A DNA stretch of 64,000 nucleotides from Octopus vulgaris. Lineage: Eukaryota. The DNA lies in NCBI GenBank assembly GCA_951406725.2, contig OX597821.1:112654001-112718000 (forward strand). The letters run 5' to 3'. The position numbers were made by a program, and so were the translations under genes. Every line of letters begins with the position of its first letter. Position 1 is the stretch's first letter. Positions 41,093 to 55,465 of the stretch are shown here, piece after piece. Under the pieces are notes generated by a model. It saw only the letters and a list, made by a program, of their open reading frames with translations, was not told the DNA's origin and ran no database searches.

Positions 41093-42045
41093 AAATAAAA
41101 ACTGTGGTGGTCTTTAGGGAGTGTGACAGGGATTTCAAGAAGGTCCATCGGATGTTTTCCTGTCTGTGTCTGACCTATTGCATAATTGTATTGTTCTGCT
41201 GTGTTTCGTTTTACTTTCATCGTCCATGATGAATGTTTTATCAAAAAGGCTTACGTTATCTCCTACAATTGTTTCTTTAACGTGTTTCAGTCAGTTGACT
41301 GAGGTCATGCTGGGGCACCGCCTTCAAGAGTTATAGTTGAACAAATCGACCCCAGGGCACATTTTTTTAAAGCCTAGTACTTATTTTATCGATTTCTTTT
41401 GCCAAACCGTTAACTTACGGGAATGTAAGCAAACCAAGACCGGTTGGCCAGCGCTGTTGAGCGACAAAGCATACACAAAGACACGCACACACACACACAG
41501 ATACATACATACATGCATACATACAAGTACACACACACACACACACATACACACACATATATGTATGTATGCATATATACATACGTATACGTGCATACAT
41601 GTATATGTATATAAGTAAGTTTTACATATAATGTATATATATATCTTTATACATGAAGGGCTTCTTTCAGTTTCCACCTTCCAAATTCACTCACAGAGCT
41701 TGTGTAAGCTCGAGACTATAGTACAAGACACTTACCCAAGGTGCCACACAGTGGAACTGAACCCGAAACCGTATATTGGTTGGGAAGCAAGCGTCTCACC
41801 ACACAGTCATACCTGTGCCTCTTTATGTGTATATATATAAATGTATACATAATATATATTATATATTATATATGACATATGTATATATATATGTATGTAT
41901 GTATGTTCGTATGTTGTACGTATGTATGTATGTATGTATATCTATGAGTATTTATTTATGTATATGCACGTAAATGTATCAACATATATATATTCAAAAT
42001 TGTTGCGTCAGTGACCTTTGTGGTATGTGTATAAGATAAATATAA

Positions 42046-42122
<77 letters not shown>

Positions 42123-43106
42123 TGTGCGTGCGTGCCTGAGTGCGTGCATGTACTTTCGTATATTTTCCAATGTAAAATACGTATTGATACGCATCGATTC
42201 AGAAGAAATGAAAGACAGAAATCAACAGTGGCGTGCTGTACGGTTAGAAATCTAAGACGCCAAGGCAACGATACCATAAAACATTAAACGATGGGCGCCA
42301 TCTTTACCTTGTCTCTCACTGAGATATTATATTGCAAACTTCGTGTGCGTGCGTATTAATGTATTTTTACTTATCTCTTTATCGATTTAAGCTCAAGTTA
42401 GATAATGGACAAATGAGCTAATATGATTCTTTATTAATTCTTTCAGTGTCACTGTAACAGTCAGACATGTCGCTATACTATCTCCTAGCCACGTACATAC
42501 ATAACTGTTTCATTCGCATGTAGAGGCCGACGTTTACACAACCGAATTATTAATGAGAGAAAGCTATAAAGTAGCTATTTGGTTCAAGGGGAATTCCCTA
42601 TGCGAACTATGTGCTGTGAAGTCACGGCATTAGAAAATTCTTTCCCGTATTTCTCTGAATGTAAGAGATGCAATTTCCAACGCCGCAGCATCTTACTATC
42701 ATGGGTAATGTTTATCTGCTTATTAAGATAAATTTCGATAATGTCTTATCATGTAGTAAAGACATGCTATATATTTTGGTTGAATAAGAAGAGCTCCAAA
42801 GATTGTTGCAAGTTGACAACGAACTGGAACCTTTGACAAGCAGATTTCTAGAAACACGTCGAGTTCTGTCCCAGAACTATAGCGTCCAATACGTTATCTG
42901 TTCAACTGTTGTAAGTGTTCGAAATACGAAACGTAATTTCTGCTGTGACAGTGGCGAGTAAGAGATTAAGTTCTCATTACGGTTTCGATTTCCGTCAAGG
43001 AGTTTCCTTATATTTCACAATCAGATGGAGTAAAATTGTATTATATTGGTTAATATCTCCTCCATCCATCTCTCTCTCTCTCTCTCTTATATATATATAT
43101 ATATAT

Positions 43107-43401
43107 ACTAGCAGTATCGCCCGGCGTTGCTCGGGTTTGTAAGGGAAATAACTATATAAGCATTTTTAGAGTTATAGCCCAAAAATAGCAAAAAAATGCA
43201 TTAAAAATGGAAAAAAAATTATGGTAATTTTTTTTTAAATCGTAAACTCATCGTAGACGCACGCTAATACGCAGAAGGGCTCGATATGAATCACGACTAT
43301 AAGATACCCGGTTTTGGTTAAACTGCACCGCAAAATGTGGGAGTAGTTGGGAATCTAAATCGTAGGAGACAGACACACAACTTCTCTTTTATATATAAAG
43401 A
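43107..43401 (+). mobile_element. Helitron/Helentron-like non-autonomous element
   Basis: Starts ACTAGCAGTATCGCCCGGCGTTGCTCGGG (subterminal hairpin) and ends TTTTATATATAAAGAT. A related start occurs at 53730. Confidence 0.6.
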
Positions 43402-43569
43402 TATATATGTATATTGGCAGGGCTTACTGCTAGGGAGTCGGCCATATGCTAGAAATAGACCATCAACGGTCAAACTACAAGGAAATTCTCTAGAGGAAAA
43501 ATACAGCGAACACCAGAACCAATTTTGGCGGGCATGACAGATGAAAATTTATATAAAAAACAGAATTAA

Positions 43570-43642
43570 ATGCATACCTCGGTTTCAGCCTTAACAAGAG
43601 AATTACTTATGCAATCCAAATGTCCGTGCTTCTTCAGTGCAT
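43570..43642 (-). ncRNA. Type-I hammerhead ribozyme
   Basis: ATGCA-CTGAAGA-AGC...GCT-GAAAC-CGAG-GTA-TGCAT. Lies next to (TA)n. Confidence 0.8.
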
Positions 43643-43650
43643 CCTCATAA

Positions 43651-44014
<364 letters not shown>

Positions 44015-44021
44015 TATATAT

Positions 44022-44240
44022 AAAGTTAATCCAAACATGAAAACACAAAGAGAAAACACAACAACGCGAGGACGTGGAACAAATATAGTATTATTGGACG
44101 CTCAGGAAGGAAGGGAAGAAGGAGGGTTTAACGTTTCGAGCGGAGCTCTTCGTCAGAAACATACGAAAAGGAAAGATCCAGAGAAGGGAAGACGGAAGAA
44201 AAAAAAATCGCCAACGGTACACACGCGGTCACATTTTGAT
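44022..44240 (-). mobile_element. ~220-bp (TA)n-embedded hammerhead-bearing element
   Basis: TA repeats on both sides. Shares TTCCTGAGCG..AATAC downstream of the ribozyme with the 43760 family. Confidence 0.75.
44126..44160 (-). ncRNA. Minimal (35-nt) type-I hammerhead ribozyme
   Basis: GTTT-CTGACGA-A-GAGC[TCC]GCTC-GAAAC-GTT-AAAC. Confidence 0.85.
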
Positions 44241-44252
44241 ATATATATATAT

Positions 44253-44426
44253 AAATTATAATAAGGACAAACTATATGGTTGTATCGCATGCTAGATGTC
44301 AAATTATTCTAAAACTACCTTATCTAAATATTTAATATTTGATATTTAAATAAGGTTGTTTTAGAGTCATTTGACATCTCCTTCCAGCATGTACCACTAC
44401 CATATAGTTTGTCATTATTATAATTT
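44253..44426. repeat. ~175-bp imperfect palindrome
   Basis: AATTATAATAAGGACAAACTATATGGT...ACCATATAGTTTGTCATTATTATAATT, with pairing continuing to the centre at ~44338. Confidence 0.8.
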
Positions 44427-44575
44427 TTATTAAAAAATTATATGCTCTGTATCAATTTATACCAAAAAAGTTTTACATGCGAGCTACTTGATAAAATCCT
44501 ATGTAGATTTTATCCTTGATAATAATAACAATATCAATAATAATAATAACAACAACAATAATAATAATAATAATA

Positions 44576-44610
<35 letters not shown>

Positions 44611-44643
44611 AAATATATATGTATGTATGTATGTATGTATAGG

Positions 44644-44719
<76 letters not shown>

Positions 44720-44958
44720 CAGCCTAGTACTTATTCTATCTACACACACACACACACACTCACACACACACACATACACACATATTTATATATATATACG
44801 ACGGTCTTCCTTCAGTTTCCGTCTACCAAATCCACTCTTAAGGCTTTGACGGCCCGAGGCTATAGGAGAAGACACTTGCCCAAGGTGCCATGCAGTGGGA
44901 TTGAACCGTATTATGTGGTTGGTAAGCAAGCCACATACCACACAGCCACTCCTGCGCC

Positions 44959-45026
<68 letters not shown>

Positions 45027-46088
45027 CTCATATAACTGTACGTAAAACCACACAAAATACAAATGCACAATTTGATTTCATCGTATCGTACAGAAAGGAC
45101 ACAAAACTATGGAAGGATGCTGGTGTCAATTTCGAGAGAACTCTCTTCCTCTTTTTCCAGTTTTCCTATCAACGGAATTCATCTATTCATTGCATTATAG
45201 TCTAAGTGGTTACGTATTCCACCCTTAGCGTAAACTTCTGGGGAAATCAGCATGTCAAGTTTTTTTTCCTTTTTAATTGGTATTTATACACATACAAAAA
45301 CCAACACAGCCTTCAAGGAATTTCAGGAATTCGTCAATTATTAAAGATATTTGAATAGAATTTTCTAGAAGGTTGAGAGCAATTTATTTATTATTGCATT
45401 CGGGGTTCTGAAGATAAATTCTATGAGATTTATTTATGTTTTACTGTTTAGTTCTTGTGAATGAAGACATGACAAGATAGCGAAAAAAGGTACACTGGAG
45501 TGTAAATAGGAAATTGAGATTCCAAGTAGATAAAAATGGTTAGCATCACCGTTCCATAAGCTGTTACTGCAGGAAGCTGCTGGGCTTATCTCTTAAAAAT
45601 GAGTATGTAAAAGCGGCACGTAATCTAAGCATAATTCCAATATGAAGTAGGAAAAAACAAGGTAAGATCATGGATTTTTTTATGGGCAGTGTGGTTAACA
45701 AGCTTCCTTTACAATCATGTGGTTTTGGGTTCAGTCCTACAAAGCGGCACCTTGGGCGTGTGTTTTCTATTATAGGAGAAGACACTTGCCCAAGGTGCCA
45801 TGCAGTGGGATTGAACCGTAACCATGTGGTTGGTAAGCAAGCTACATACCACACAGCTTGTTGTGTGTGTGTGTGTGTGTGTGTGTTCGTATGTGTGTAT
45901 GTGTGTGTTCGGATGTGTGTGTGTGTGTGTTTGTGTGTGTGTATTCGGGTGTATGTGTGTTCAGCTGTTTGCGTGTGTGTGTGTGTGTGTTCGGGTGTAT
46001 GTGTGTTGTGTGTGTGTATGTGTGTGTTTGCGTGCGTCTTTGCCTTTGTGATTGTCCCCACCGTTGCTTAAGAAACAGTGATCGCTTG

Positions 46089-46254
46089 CACTGGCGTAGC
46101 TAGATTGTGTACCGCCCGGGGTGGCCCTTCCATTTGACCCCCACCCCACCCCGGACCTCACAAAAAACATAAATTGCCTACAACAGACCCAAAGTGCCGC
46201 CCGGGGTGGACCGCCCCTACCACCACCACCACCACCACCCTAGCTACGCTAGTG
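46089..46254. mobile_element. hAT-like MITE nested in a family M SINE
   Basis: TIRs CACTGGCGTAGCTAG / CTAGCTACGCTAGTG, with internal repeated GCCCGGGGTGG. Confidence 0.7.
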
Positions 46255-46684
46255 GCCGTTTGTTTACACCCGATAGCTTAGCAGTTCGGCAAAAGAAACC
46301 AATAGAACAATTATTCGGCTTTCAAAAATTAAGCAAGGGTTTGCTTTGTTCGACTGAAACCCTGAAGGTGTGGTGCTCCAGTATGGTCGCAGTCCAATGA
46401 CTGAAGCAAATACTAGATAAGGGATTAAAGATACCGTATGACAGTAAAATTAAGCAGAATATTGGTTTCACGTTTTCACACGAGGCCAGCAATTTCGGCC
46501 GGGTTGGGGTAAGCTGATTACATCGGTCGCTAGGCCTCAACTGCTACTTATTTTATCGATTCCGAAAGAATGAAAGGCAAAGTCGACCTCGGCAGAATTT
46601 GAACTCAGAACGTAGCAGCAGACGAAATACTGCTAAGCATTTTGCCCGGCGTGCTAACGATTCTGCCAGCTCGCCGCCTCAATA

Positions 46685-46685
46685 T

Positions 46686-46752
<67 letters not shown>

Positions 46753-46829
46753 CATGGTGATCATGATGATCATGATCATGATGATGGTGGTGGTGGTGGT
46801 GGTGGTGGTGGTGGTGGTGGTGGTGGTGG

Positions 46830-46874
<45 letters not shown>

Positions 46875-46962
46875 CGACGACGACGACGACGATGATGACG
46901 ACGACGATGATTATGATGACGACGACGACGACGACGATGATGATGATGATGATGATGATGAT
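46685..46962. repeat. (GAT)n/(GGT)n/(GAC)n microsatellite
   Basis: Direct reading. Confidence 0.95.
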
Positions 46963-47212
46963 AAATTTTAGCTCAAGGCCAGCAATTTCGGGGAGGGATA
47001 AGTCGATTACATCGACCCCGGAAGAATGTAAGATAAAGTCAACCTTAGCAGAATTTGAACTCAAGACATAAAGACGGACGAAGTGCCATAGTAGGAGACA
47101 CTTGCCCAAGATTCCACGCAATGAGAGTGAACCTGGAACCATGCGGTCGAGAAGCAAGTTTTCTTAACATAGTCACTCCTGCGGCTGTAGTTCAGTTTGA
47201 ATAAAGAAGTCC

Positions 47213-47621
47213 GGATCTTCTCGGTTTGAACGGCAGTTTTTAACATAATTTCCACGTAACTAAAAAATATTAAACTTCGTATACTGGTAGAATGTGTTTA
47301 TAAAACATCTTTTTCTTTTGGCTTTATTGAGAAAATTCTATAGTTTGTAAGATATTTGTTGTTTTTTTTCTTCAATTTCTGCAATTTCAACCAGTCACTG
47401 ACGTCCATTGAGGTAAAAAAACATTCTGTATCGTATGAATATGTCAGATTGGTTTTATTTACATTTGTGAAGAAAAAAAGCTACCTTTTCCCCCACATCT
47501 AACCCTAACCCTAACCCTAACAGAGATTGAAATGCAATAGATCGATACTAGGGTCATAATTATGGGTGACAATTTCATATGACACCGCTAGAAAAAACTG
47601 CCGTTCAAACCGAAAAGATCC
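47213..47621. mobile_element. Complete MITE with internal (TAACCC)n, possibly Merlin-like
   Basis: ~29-bp TIRs GGATCTTCTCGGTTTGAACGGCAGTTTTT / AAAAACTGCCGTTCAAACCGAAAAGATCC. 8-bp TSD AGAAGTCC at 47205-47212 and 47622-47629. Confidence 0.9.
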
Positions 47622-47629
47622 AGAAGTCC

Positions 47630-48065
47630 TTCTCTCCAGCGATGTCGGATCCAGCTCTTTCAAATGGCCACCCATTTCCAGCGAGAAGAATTCCTTCCCG
47701 GCTCATATTTAAATTGTACAGTCATTCGCAAGCTCAACAAAGAGAGAGGGATCAACAGAACGAGAGGGATCACCGAGGCGTATCAAATACGCTGAAAGTC
47801 TCCAGCCGAGAGGGAAATACAGAAACAGATGGAAATGGAGAACCCGAGACACAGAAAAAGACCAGCTAATTATAAAGTAATTCAACATGTTACCAACCAC
47901 AGAACGTGGGCATCTAATTTTAAACTTATGCATTTATTGTGTAACGTCTTTCACACCCACCATTCGCGTTTTTATATAAGCTGTTTGTCCCACTTCCTAC
48001 GATTTGTAAATCTCTGGTCTTAACATTTCATATTTTTGTAAATTTGATTGATGATCTCTGTAACA
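47630..48065 (+). mobile_element. Possible Penelope-like GIY-YIG C-terminus with a truncated hammerhead start
   Basis: MATHFQ...TVIRKL...RGITEAYQI/(frameshift)SLQPRG resembles HF...R...E..WI..L.SL.P.G.N. TTGATGA-T-CTCTG-TAA-CAG occurs at ~48047. Confidence 0.4.
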
Positions 48066-48097
48066 GTTTCAGCGGCTAAAATAGGTTATTATTATCA

Positions 48098-48367
48098 TTT
48101 TGGTTTGCCTCGGGTTCGGTTTTATTCCTGGTAGAAATTATGTGGCTATCGGGTTACTACCGGTAACCCTAGGTATTCACAAGTTTTCATCAGTCTTTCG
48201 GGTGCCTAGAGCCCTCCTCATAATCCTTGCTGAAGGAGCTCTACAGAGCATTCTATTTCAATCTCCTTCAGCCAGCCATTTGTCAATATCTTGGCTTAGT
48301 GTTCCCAACGCATCAATTATTATAGGCACCACATTTACTGTTCACATGCTCCAAATTTTAAGGGATT
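48098..48367 (-). mobile_element. R4/Dong-type LINE 3' end
   Basis: KIWSM*TVNVVPIIIDALGTLSQDIDKWL...ARIMRRAL, with the 3' end in a short TAA run. Confidence 0.75.
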
Positions 48368-48379
48368 GTATCATCATCC

Positions 48380-48424
<45 letters not shown>

Positions 48425-48460
48425 GCATCAGCATCAGCATCATCATCATTATTATTTTTA

Positions 48461-48529
<69 letters not shown>

Positions 48530-48530
<1 letters not shown>

Positions 48531-49804
48531 TTTGTCTTCTCAGAACGTTCAGTCATGTTTGTTCTGGTAGATTCTGTGAGAGCAGACAGCAGTCTGCCGT
48601 CAGAGGTATCACAGGGTCTCATTCCACACAACATAAGCTTTGATACTTGGCTGTTAATTATCGTGGGAGGCATTCAACATCCAAGTACCAATCTCAAAAT
48701 CCTAGCCGTCCCCAGCAGAGCAGCTTTTGGGGTTTGCTTTGCTCTCATGTCAATTCCGATTTCTCTGACATATTTCTCGAACTTGGTTGTTATTCGTCCG
48801 AGTGCCCCTACAACTACTGGAATGACGGACACTCTCCTCACAGTCCACATTGTTGAAATTTCATCCTTTAATATTCTGTACTTCTCAGTCTTTTCTAGTT
48901 CTTTGACCCTTATGCGTGCATCTCCAGGTATTGCAATATCTATGATCTTGGTTTCCTTTTTTCCTTTATCTGCCACAGTAACATCTGGTCTCCGAGCATC
49001 GATTAGGGAGTCACATTGGATTGTATCATATGCTCCTTGTTCTCAGTGATCCCTTCTGGTTCATGTTCGTACCATTTCTGTGCTCTTTTGAGGCCGTACT
49101 TTTCACATAGCCTCCAGTGGACGAACTTAACCACGTTATCGTGCCTCCATTTTGTAGTGCTTTTGGGCCAGAGCGCTACACTCACTCACAATATGTGAGG
49201 CTGTTTCATTCCCGTTGCCACACATCCTACAAAGTTCCTATTTGGAACTTGGTGTAATTAGTTCTCAGAGCTCGTTCCTGGGCGCTACATATCAATACCT
49301 CAATGCATCCTTTCAGATCGCTTTTTCTTAGCCATCTCCAAGTGCTGATCTTGTCTTTTCCTTCGATCTCTCTGAGGTATTGGCCATGCTGTGGTTTCAT
49401 TTTCCAGTTGTTCACTCTTTCTTGCTTCTTAAATGTTTGTGGGTGCATCGTATTTTCGGTAAGCATTATATTGTTAATTTTAACAGCGGCAAGCAAGGAT
49501 CCACCCTGGTGTTTGATGTACCAACCCAGACAGCTTCTCTCGTTGGCAACACAAATTTTGAATCCTATGAGACCTCTTCCGCCCATTCCTAGGCACATAC
49601 AGTTTGTCAGCATCGCTTTTGGGGTGTAGCTCGTTGTTAATTGTCAGCACTTTTCTAGTTTTCCTGTCCATTTCCTGAAACTCATTCTTTATCCACCTAA
49701 CAACACCTGCGCCGTATCGCATTAAGGAAACACCCTATGTGTTCATTCCCTTGATTTTGTTTTTTCTATTGAGTCTACTTCCCATAATTAACTTGGTTCC
49801 TCTG

Positions 49805-49805
<1 letters not shown>
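48530..49805 (-). mobile_element. R4/Dong-type LINE fragment inserted in (TAA)n
   Basis: RYGAGVVRW...DRKTRKVLTINNELHPKSDADKLYVPR..GGRGL, CRMCGNGNETASHIVSEC (CCHC), RPDV...IIDIAIPGD...LLGTARILR. TAA repeats on both sides. Confidence 0.92.
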
Positions 49806-49886
<81 letters not shown>

Positions 49887-50060
49887 GTCTTTGCACAGCT
49901 TCTAAAGCTGGAGATGTACTACGGTGCCAGCTGTTCATTACCAGTGAACTAAAGTTACACCTCTTATTTTTCGAGCACCTTCCGGAGTATTCGAGCGGTT
50001 CCAAGCAGTGTTGTTTTCTGCAAGTGCTCCACCTTTATTGCAGCTTCTATTTGTTCTATG
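49887..50060 (-). mobile_element. R4/Dong-type LINE extreme 3' end in (TAA)n
   Basis: IEQIEAAIKVEHLQKTTLLGTARILRKVLEK*. Confidence 0.85.
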
Positions 50061-50104
50061 TATTATTATTATTATTATTGTTATTATTATTATTATTATT
50101 ATTA

Positions 50105-50335
50105 TTTTTCTTTCTTCAAATCTTCCTCCATTTCTCGCCGAGTGTTTCCGCACACCTAGGGCAGAGAAGTTCATTGTATGCATTTCCAGATTACGCACGC
50201 AAATTCACAGGTAAAGTATGTATTTAAAAAATTAATAAATAAATAAATTCACGGATGGATGTTGTTTTCACACGATTTTTGCACTTCCAGTAGGGATGGT
50301 AAGCCTGGTACCTTTATTTTATCATCCCTATATTA
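50105..50335 (-). mobile_element. Probable R4/Dong-type LINE 3' end in (TAA)n
   Basis: KVPGLPSLLEVQKIV resembles QIPGNSKMEEIQKLV at ~62160. Carries the shared 3' stem-loop. Confidence 0.6.
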
Positions 50336-50337
50336 TA

Positions 50338-50373
<36 letters not shown>

Positions 50374-50597
50374 GATTGATTGATTCTAGTTTCAGCTCAT
50401 GAGCTGTGGCCATGCTGGGGCACCGCCATTTATATTTTACAGCAGGGATCGCCACCACCCCCTGCCGGAGCCTCGTGGAGCTTTAGGTATTTTCGCTCAA
50501 TAAACACTCACAACGCCTGGTCTGGGAATCGAAACCGCGATCCTACGACCGCAAGTCCGCTGCCCTAACCACTGGGCCATTGCGCCTCAACACATAA

Positions 50598-50708
<111 letters not shown>

Positions 50709-50895
50709 AGCGGTGAGCTGGCAGAATCGTTAGCACGCCGTCTTTACGTTCTGAGTTTAAATTTCGCTGAGGTAGAGTTTGCTTTTCATCCTTTCGGAGT
50801 CGATAAAGTAAGTTCCAGTTATGTAGAGGGGTTGTTGTAATCGAATTGCCGCCTCCCCTAAGATTTCAGGCCTTCTGCCTTTTGTAGAGAGCATT

Positions 50896-50928
<33 letters not shown>

Positions 50929-51097
50929 AGTGGTGGTGGTGATGATGGTGTTATCATTGTTGTTGTTGTTAGTCCTCGATTTTGCAGTGGTGATGTTATC
51001 TCATCATCATCGCTATGAGCTTCATCGTCGTCGTCATAATGACCACCATCACCACCATCACCTTCACCATCATCATCGTCGCCATCATCATCGTCGC

Positions 51098-51160
<63 letters not shown>

Positions 51161-52333
51161 AATCATCATCATTATCATCATCGTCTCTCAAAAGGGAGGC
51201 GTTAGTTGTGTGGTGGGTGCAGAGTCTCTGCTTCAGTAAAAGAAAAATCTCAGCAAGTCGACTGACCTTGTACCAAACTTCCGCCGATTGAAATTTTTTG
51301 TATCAGAATTCCGCCATTTCAGCCATCTTCATTATTTTAGTTTTTACTGCAAAGCGCTGCTAATTAGAAATGACTACTTCCGGTAGGACTGGTATGTAAC
51401 CGGAAGTTGCTACAACAAGGGTTAAAAAGAAAAAAAGAAGAAGGCGAAGTGGACAGATGAGAAAGATTGGTTGTCTTTGAACGAATAGTTTCTGCTTACA
51501 AAGAAAGAACGTTATTAGAAACAGCAGCAACAATAACAGCAACAACAACAACAACAATAACATCGACATCGACGAACGACAAGCGTTATGACTGATGTTT
51601 AATGATTGAAACTGTAATGTCTTGAGTACTACTCAACGACACTAGGAGCAGCGTTGGTGGTGGTGGTGGTGGCGGTGGTGGTGGCGGCGGTGCTGATCGC
51701 TACCAGATGTTGTTACATGAATGGCAGTGCTAAGCAGAAATAATGACAACAACAACAACAGCAATATCAACTACTTAAGTTGCAGCAGCATAAAGAAGAA
51801 GAACAAGAACAACAAGAACCGCGTTGTAGTTGTACAACTAGATGGACTTTGCCACATTAGCAAAACTACAAAATGGCATTTTGCAGTCGCCAGGTGTTGT
51901 TGTTGTTGTTGTTGTTGTTGAAGTGGTGAAGGTGATGGTAGTGGTGATAGCGATGAAAGTGGTGAGGTTGGTGGTGTTGATGTTTGTGGAGATGGTGGAG
52001 GTGGTGGTGACGGGGTGGTGCTGTTGAAAGTAGTTTTGGTGGTGGTGGTGGTAGTGATGGTAGTGGTGGTGATGGTGGTGGTGGTGGTTGTGGTGGTGGT
52101 GGTGGTGGTGGTGATGATGATGATGATGATGATGATGATAGTGGTGGTGGTAGTGATGATGATGGTGGTAGTGAATACAAATCTGCACACACATACATAC
52201 ATACATAGCTACATACCTACATACATACATACATTCATACATACAGAGAGACAGACAGACAGACATACATACATACATTAATACATACATACATACATAC
52301 ATATATACATACATATATACATACATACATACA

Positions 52334-52371
<38 letters not shown>

Positions 52372-52428
52372 CATAATGCATACATACATACATACATACA
52401 TACATACATACATACATACATACATACA

Positions 52429-52462
<34 letters not shown>

Positions 52463-52470
52463 GATACATA

Positions 52471-52581
52471 CAAAAATACCCTGTTGTTGATGCTGAAATT
52501 CCAATGAAGGAGCCTTGGATCTAGGTTAGAAACCGGTTCTTTCTCTATTGGTTAAAAATGTTCAAATATACTGAATGATGA
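52471..52581 (+). mobile_element. Family-A LINE terminal 110 bp between (TACA)n arrays
   Basis: AAAATACCCTGTTGTTGATG...CCTTGGATCTAGGTTAGAAACCGG...TGA. Confidence 0.8.
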
Positions 52582-52638
52582 CATACATGCATGCATGCAT
52601 ACATACACACACATATACATGCATACATACATACATAC

Positions 52639-52669
<31 letters not shown>

Positions 52670-53439
52670 CATACATACATACATACATACATACATACAT
52701 ACATACATACATACATACATACATACATACATACATACGCACGTACCTACTTAACGTATCGTCTGCATACAAATAAATAAAAATTTTCAGAGAGCTATCG
52801 TCTGCTTCCGTACACTGGTTGAAGAAAATCTTTAGCGTATCTTTACAAAACTAGTTTACTCTATTTCAGCTGAATTTTTTATACCTCACTGCAGCATATC
52901 GAGAAACACGATATCAGTCTTCTGTTCTCTTGCCTTTATGTGAATGTAAATAGGGAAATTATTGTAATGACAAATCTTTTTATATCATACATATTCAGCC
53001 ATTTTTCTCCTTCTCGACATATTCCTGCCATTTTTTCCCTCTAAAACGGAGCTCTTACACACCGTTTATTTATTCCATTGATCGTTTATATATTAGGTCT
53101 ATTTTTGTTCCTCTTTCTACGAAAAATGAAGCTAAAATGAACACGTAATAGTTTAAGAAAAATCAAAAGGTAAGTTATTTTAGCTAAAATTTGAATGAAG
53201 TCGATGTTTTACTCTTGACAATAGCGTTCTGCTGGATACGACGATATCGTAATTGTAACGAGCAGCGAAATGCTTCATGAGGTAAACAATTTATAAAAAT
53301 ATACACCTATATATATATATGGTTCCGTGTTCAGTCCCACTGCGTGGCACCTTGGGCAAGTATCTTCTACTATAGCCTCAGGCCGACTAAAGCCTTGTGA
53401 GTGGATTTGGTAGACGGAAACTAAAAGAAGCCCGTCGTA

Positions 53440-53485
<46 letters not shown>

Positions 53486-53548
53486 TAATTTACATGCATA
53501 TATTTATGGATGTTTGTGTATTTACGTTTTCACGTGCATGTATCTACC

Positions 53549-53618
<70 letters not shown>

Positions 53619-53729
53619 AACACGCAGACACAAATAGATATAACGAAATATACGCACACACATATGCATATTTATGTACACACGTATATACATGCATCCA
53701 CGTACCCAGCCATACACACACACACACAC

Positions 53730-54390
53730 ACTAGCTGAGTAATCCGTCGTTGCCGGGCAATTTTCACAATCGAATATCCTGGCGGTCAAAAAAAAAAATG
53801 GAAATCTTCGGTTAAAAAAAAAATTAGAAGTTGATGACCACTTTGTTTCGATACAGAAAATGAAACGTAATATAATTGTTTTTCTTTTAAACCCTCCCAA
53901 TCTACTCAGACAAATAAATCCTAAAATTTTCGGCTGTTTTCCGAAATATCATAGTTTTATAATACAGGCAGTCCAAATCTACAATTTATTTCTCTTTATA
54001 ATTTCAAAATAATTTTCAAATGGATTTAAGAGAACTGATTCGAGCACATCCCACATCCCACGACTACCTAGTACCTTCCTCGTGTCTTTGTCACTCGGGC
54101 ATGTATTGATGTTTTTCAATATTTTTCATCCCATCAACACATTTTATGGATTGATGATGCGGAAATAATGGTTTGGGGATTCATTTATTCCACAAAAACT
54201 TTAGAAAAATGTTGCAGAGGTTTGATAATTTTTACCCAATCAGAAAACAGGGTTTGGAAGCTAGAATTTTTTTTTTATTATTTCCCTTGTCTTTGGAACG
54301 CAGATTTCGAAAATCAAATTCGTTTTTTCTCGAGGACGCACCGTTACAGAGCCTTTCGAGGTTAAACACACATGCATAACCACATACCCC
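53730..54390 (+). mobile_element. Helitron-like non-autonomous element
   Basis: Starts ACTAGCTGAGTAATCCGTCGTTGCCGGG, like 43107. The 3' end is uncertain. Confidence 0.4.
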
Positions 54391-54579
54391 CCTCATTTAG
54401 TTGATATATAAACGTGGGGGGGAGCGGAGAGTGAAAAATTAAGTCCAGACATCGATAAAACACACCGAACATTATACGTAGAAACCATTCCTTGTCAACA
54501 GTTGTCGGCTGCAAATTAAAGTAATTTCGACATGTATGCGTGTACGCGTGTACACATGTATGTATGTGCGTGCGAGTGT

Positions 54580-54624
<45 letters not shown>

Positions 54625-54681
54625 TTATTATATATAGCTGCGCCCGTACCCTCTTTGGCCTTGTATGTAAGTACATATTTC

Positions 54682-54721
<40 letters not shown>

Positions 54722-54749
54722 AATCTATCTATCTGTCTATCTCTATATT

Positions 54750-54826
<77 letters not shown>

Positions 54827-55340
54827 TGATCTCTATATATTCTCCACTATACACGGACACATACATACACGACATGTTAAAGAATTAGCCAGTAAATTTA
54901 GATGTTGTGTGAGTTTTGGTCCGTGCTACTACTTGTTGTAAGAACGAATAAAAGATAAGAATCGGAAATGTAAATATTCTTCGCCGCATTCATCACTCAA
55001 CAAGACAATCTGATAGATGCCAGAGCCAAAAAGAAGTTAAGAGTTGCCAAACGATGAGAATGAAATATCATAGAAATAGCTTGCCAGGATTTCATGAAAA
55101 GACGGAGGATCATTGCGAGGAGAAAGAAATTTTGGCAAATACAATCGGATTTCGACATAAATGTTGAAAACGTAGAGACAATGAAAAGGATATTACCGTG
55201 TTTGAACATTTTACGCGTTTAGTTAAGTCGACATGCTGGTATAGCTGGAAACCCGTGTCTAGATATTAGAACGAATACTCATTATATTTGTACGTATGCT
55301 TTTCTACGTATTCTTACAAAGAAATGCACACACACACACG

Positions 55341-55384
<44 letters not shown>

Positions 55385-55465
55385 TACGCACACACACATT
55401 AATGATTATCAAAGGAATACGAAGGAGGTAATCAGCTTCGTTAGCTTACAGTTGTTTTTGCTGTT

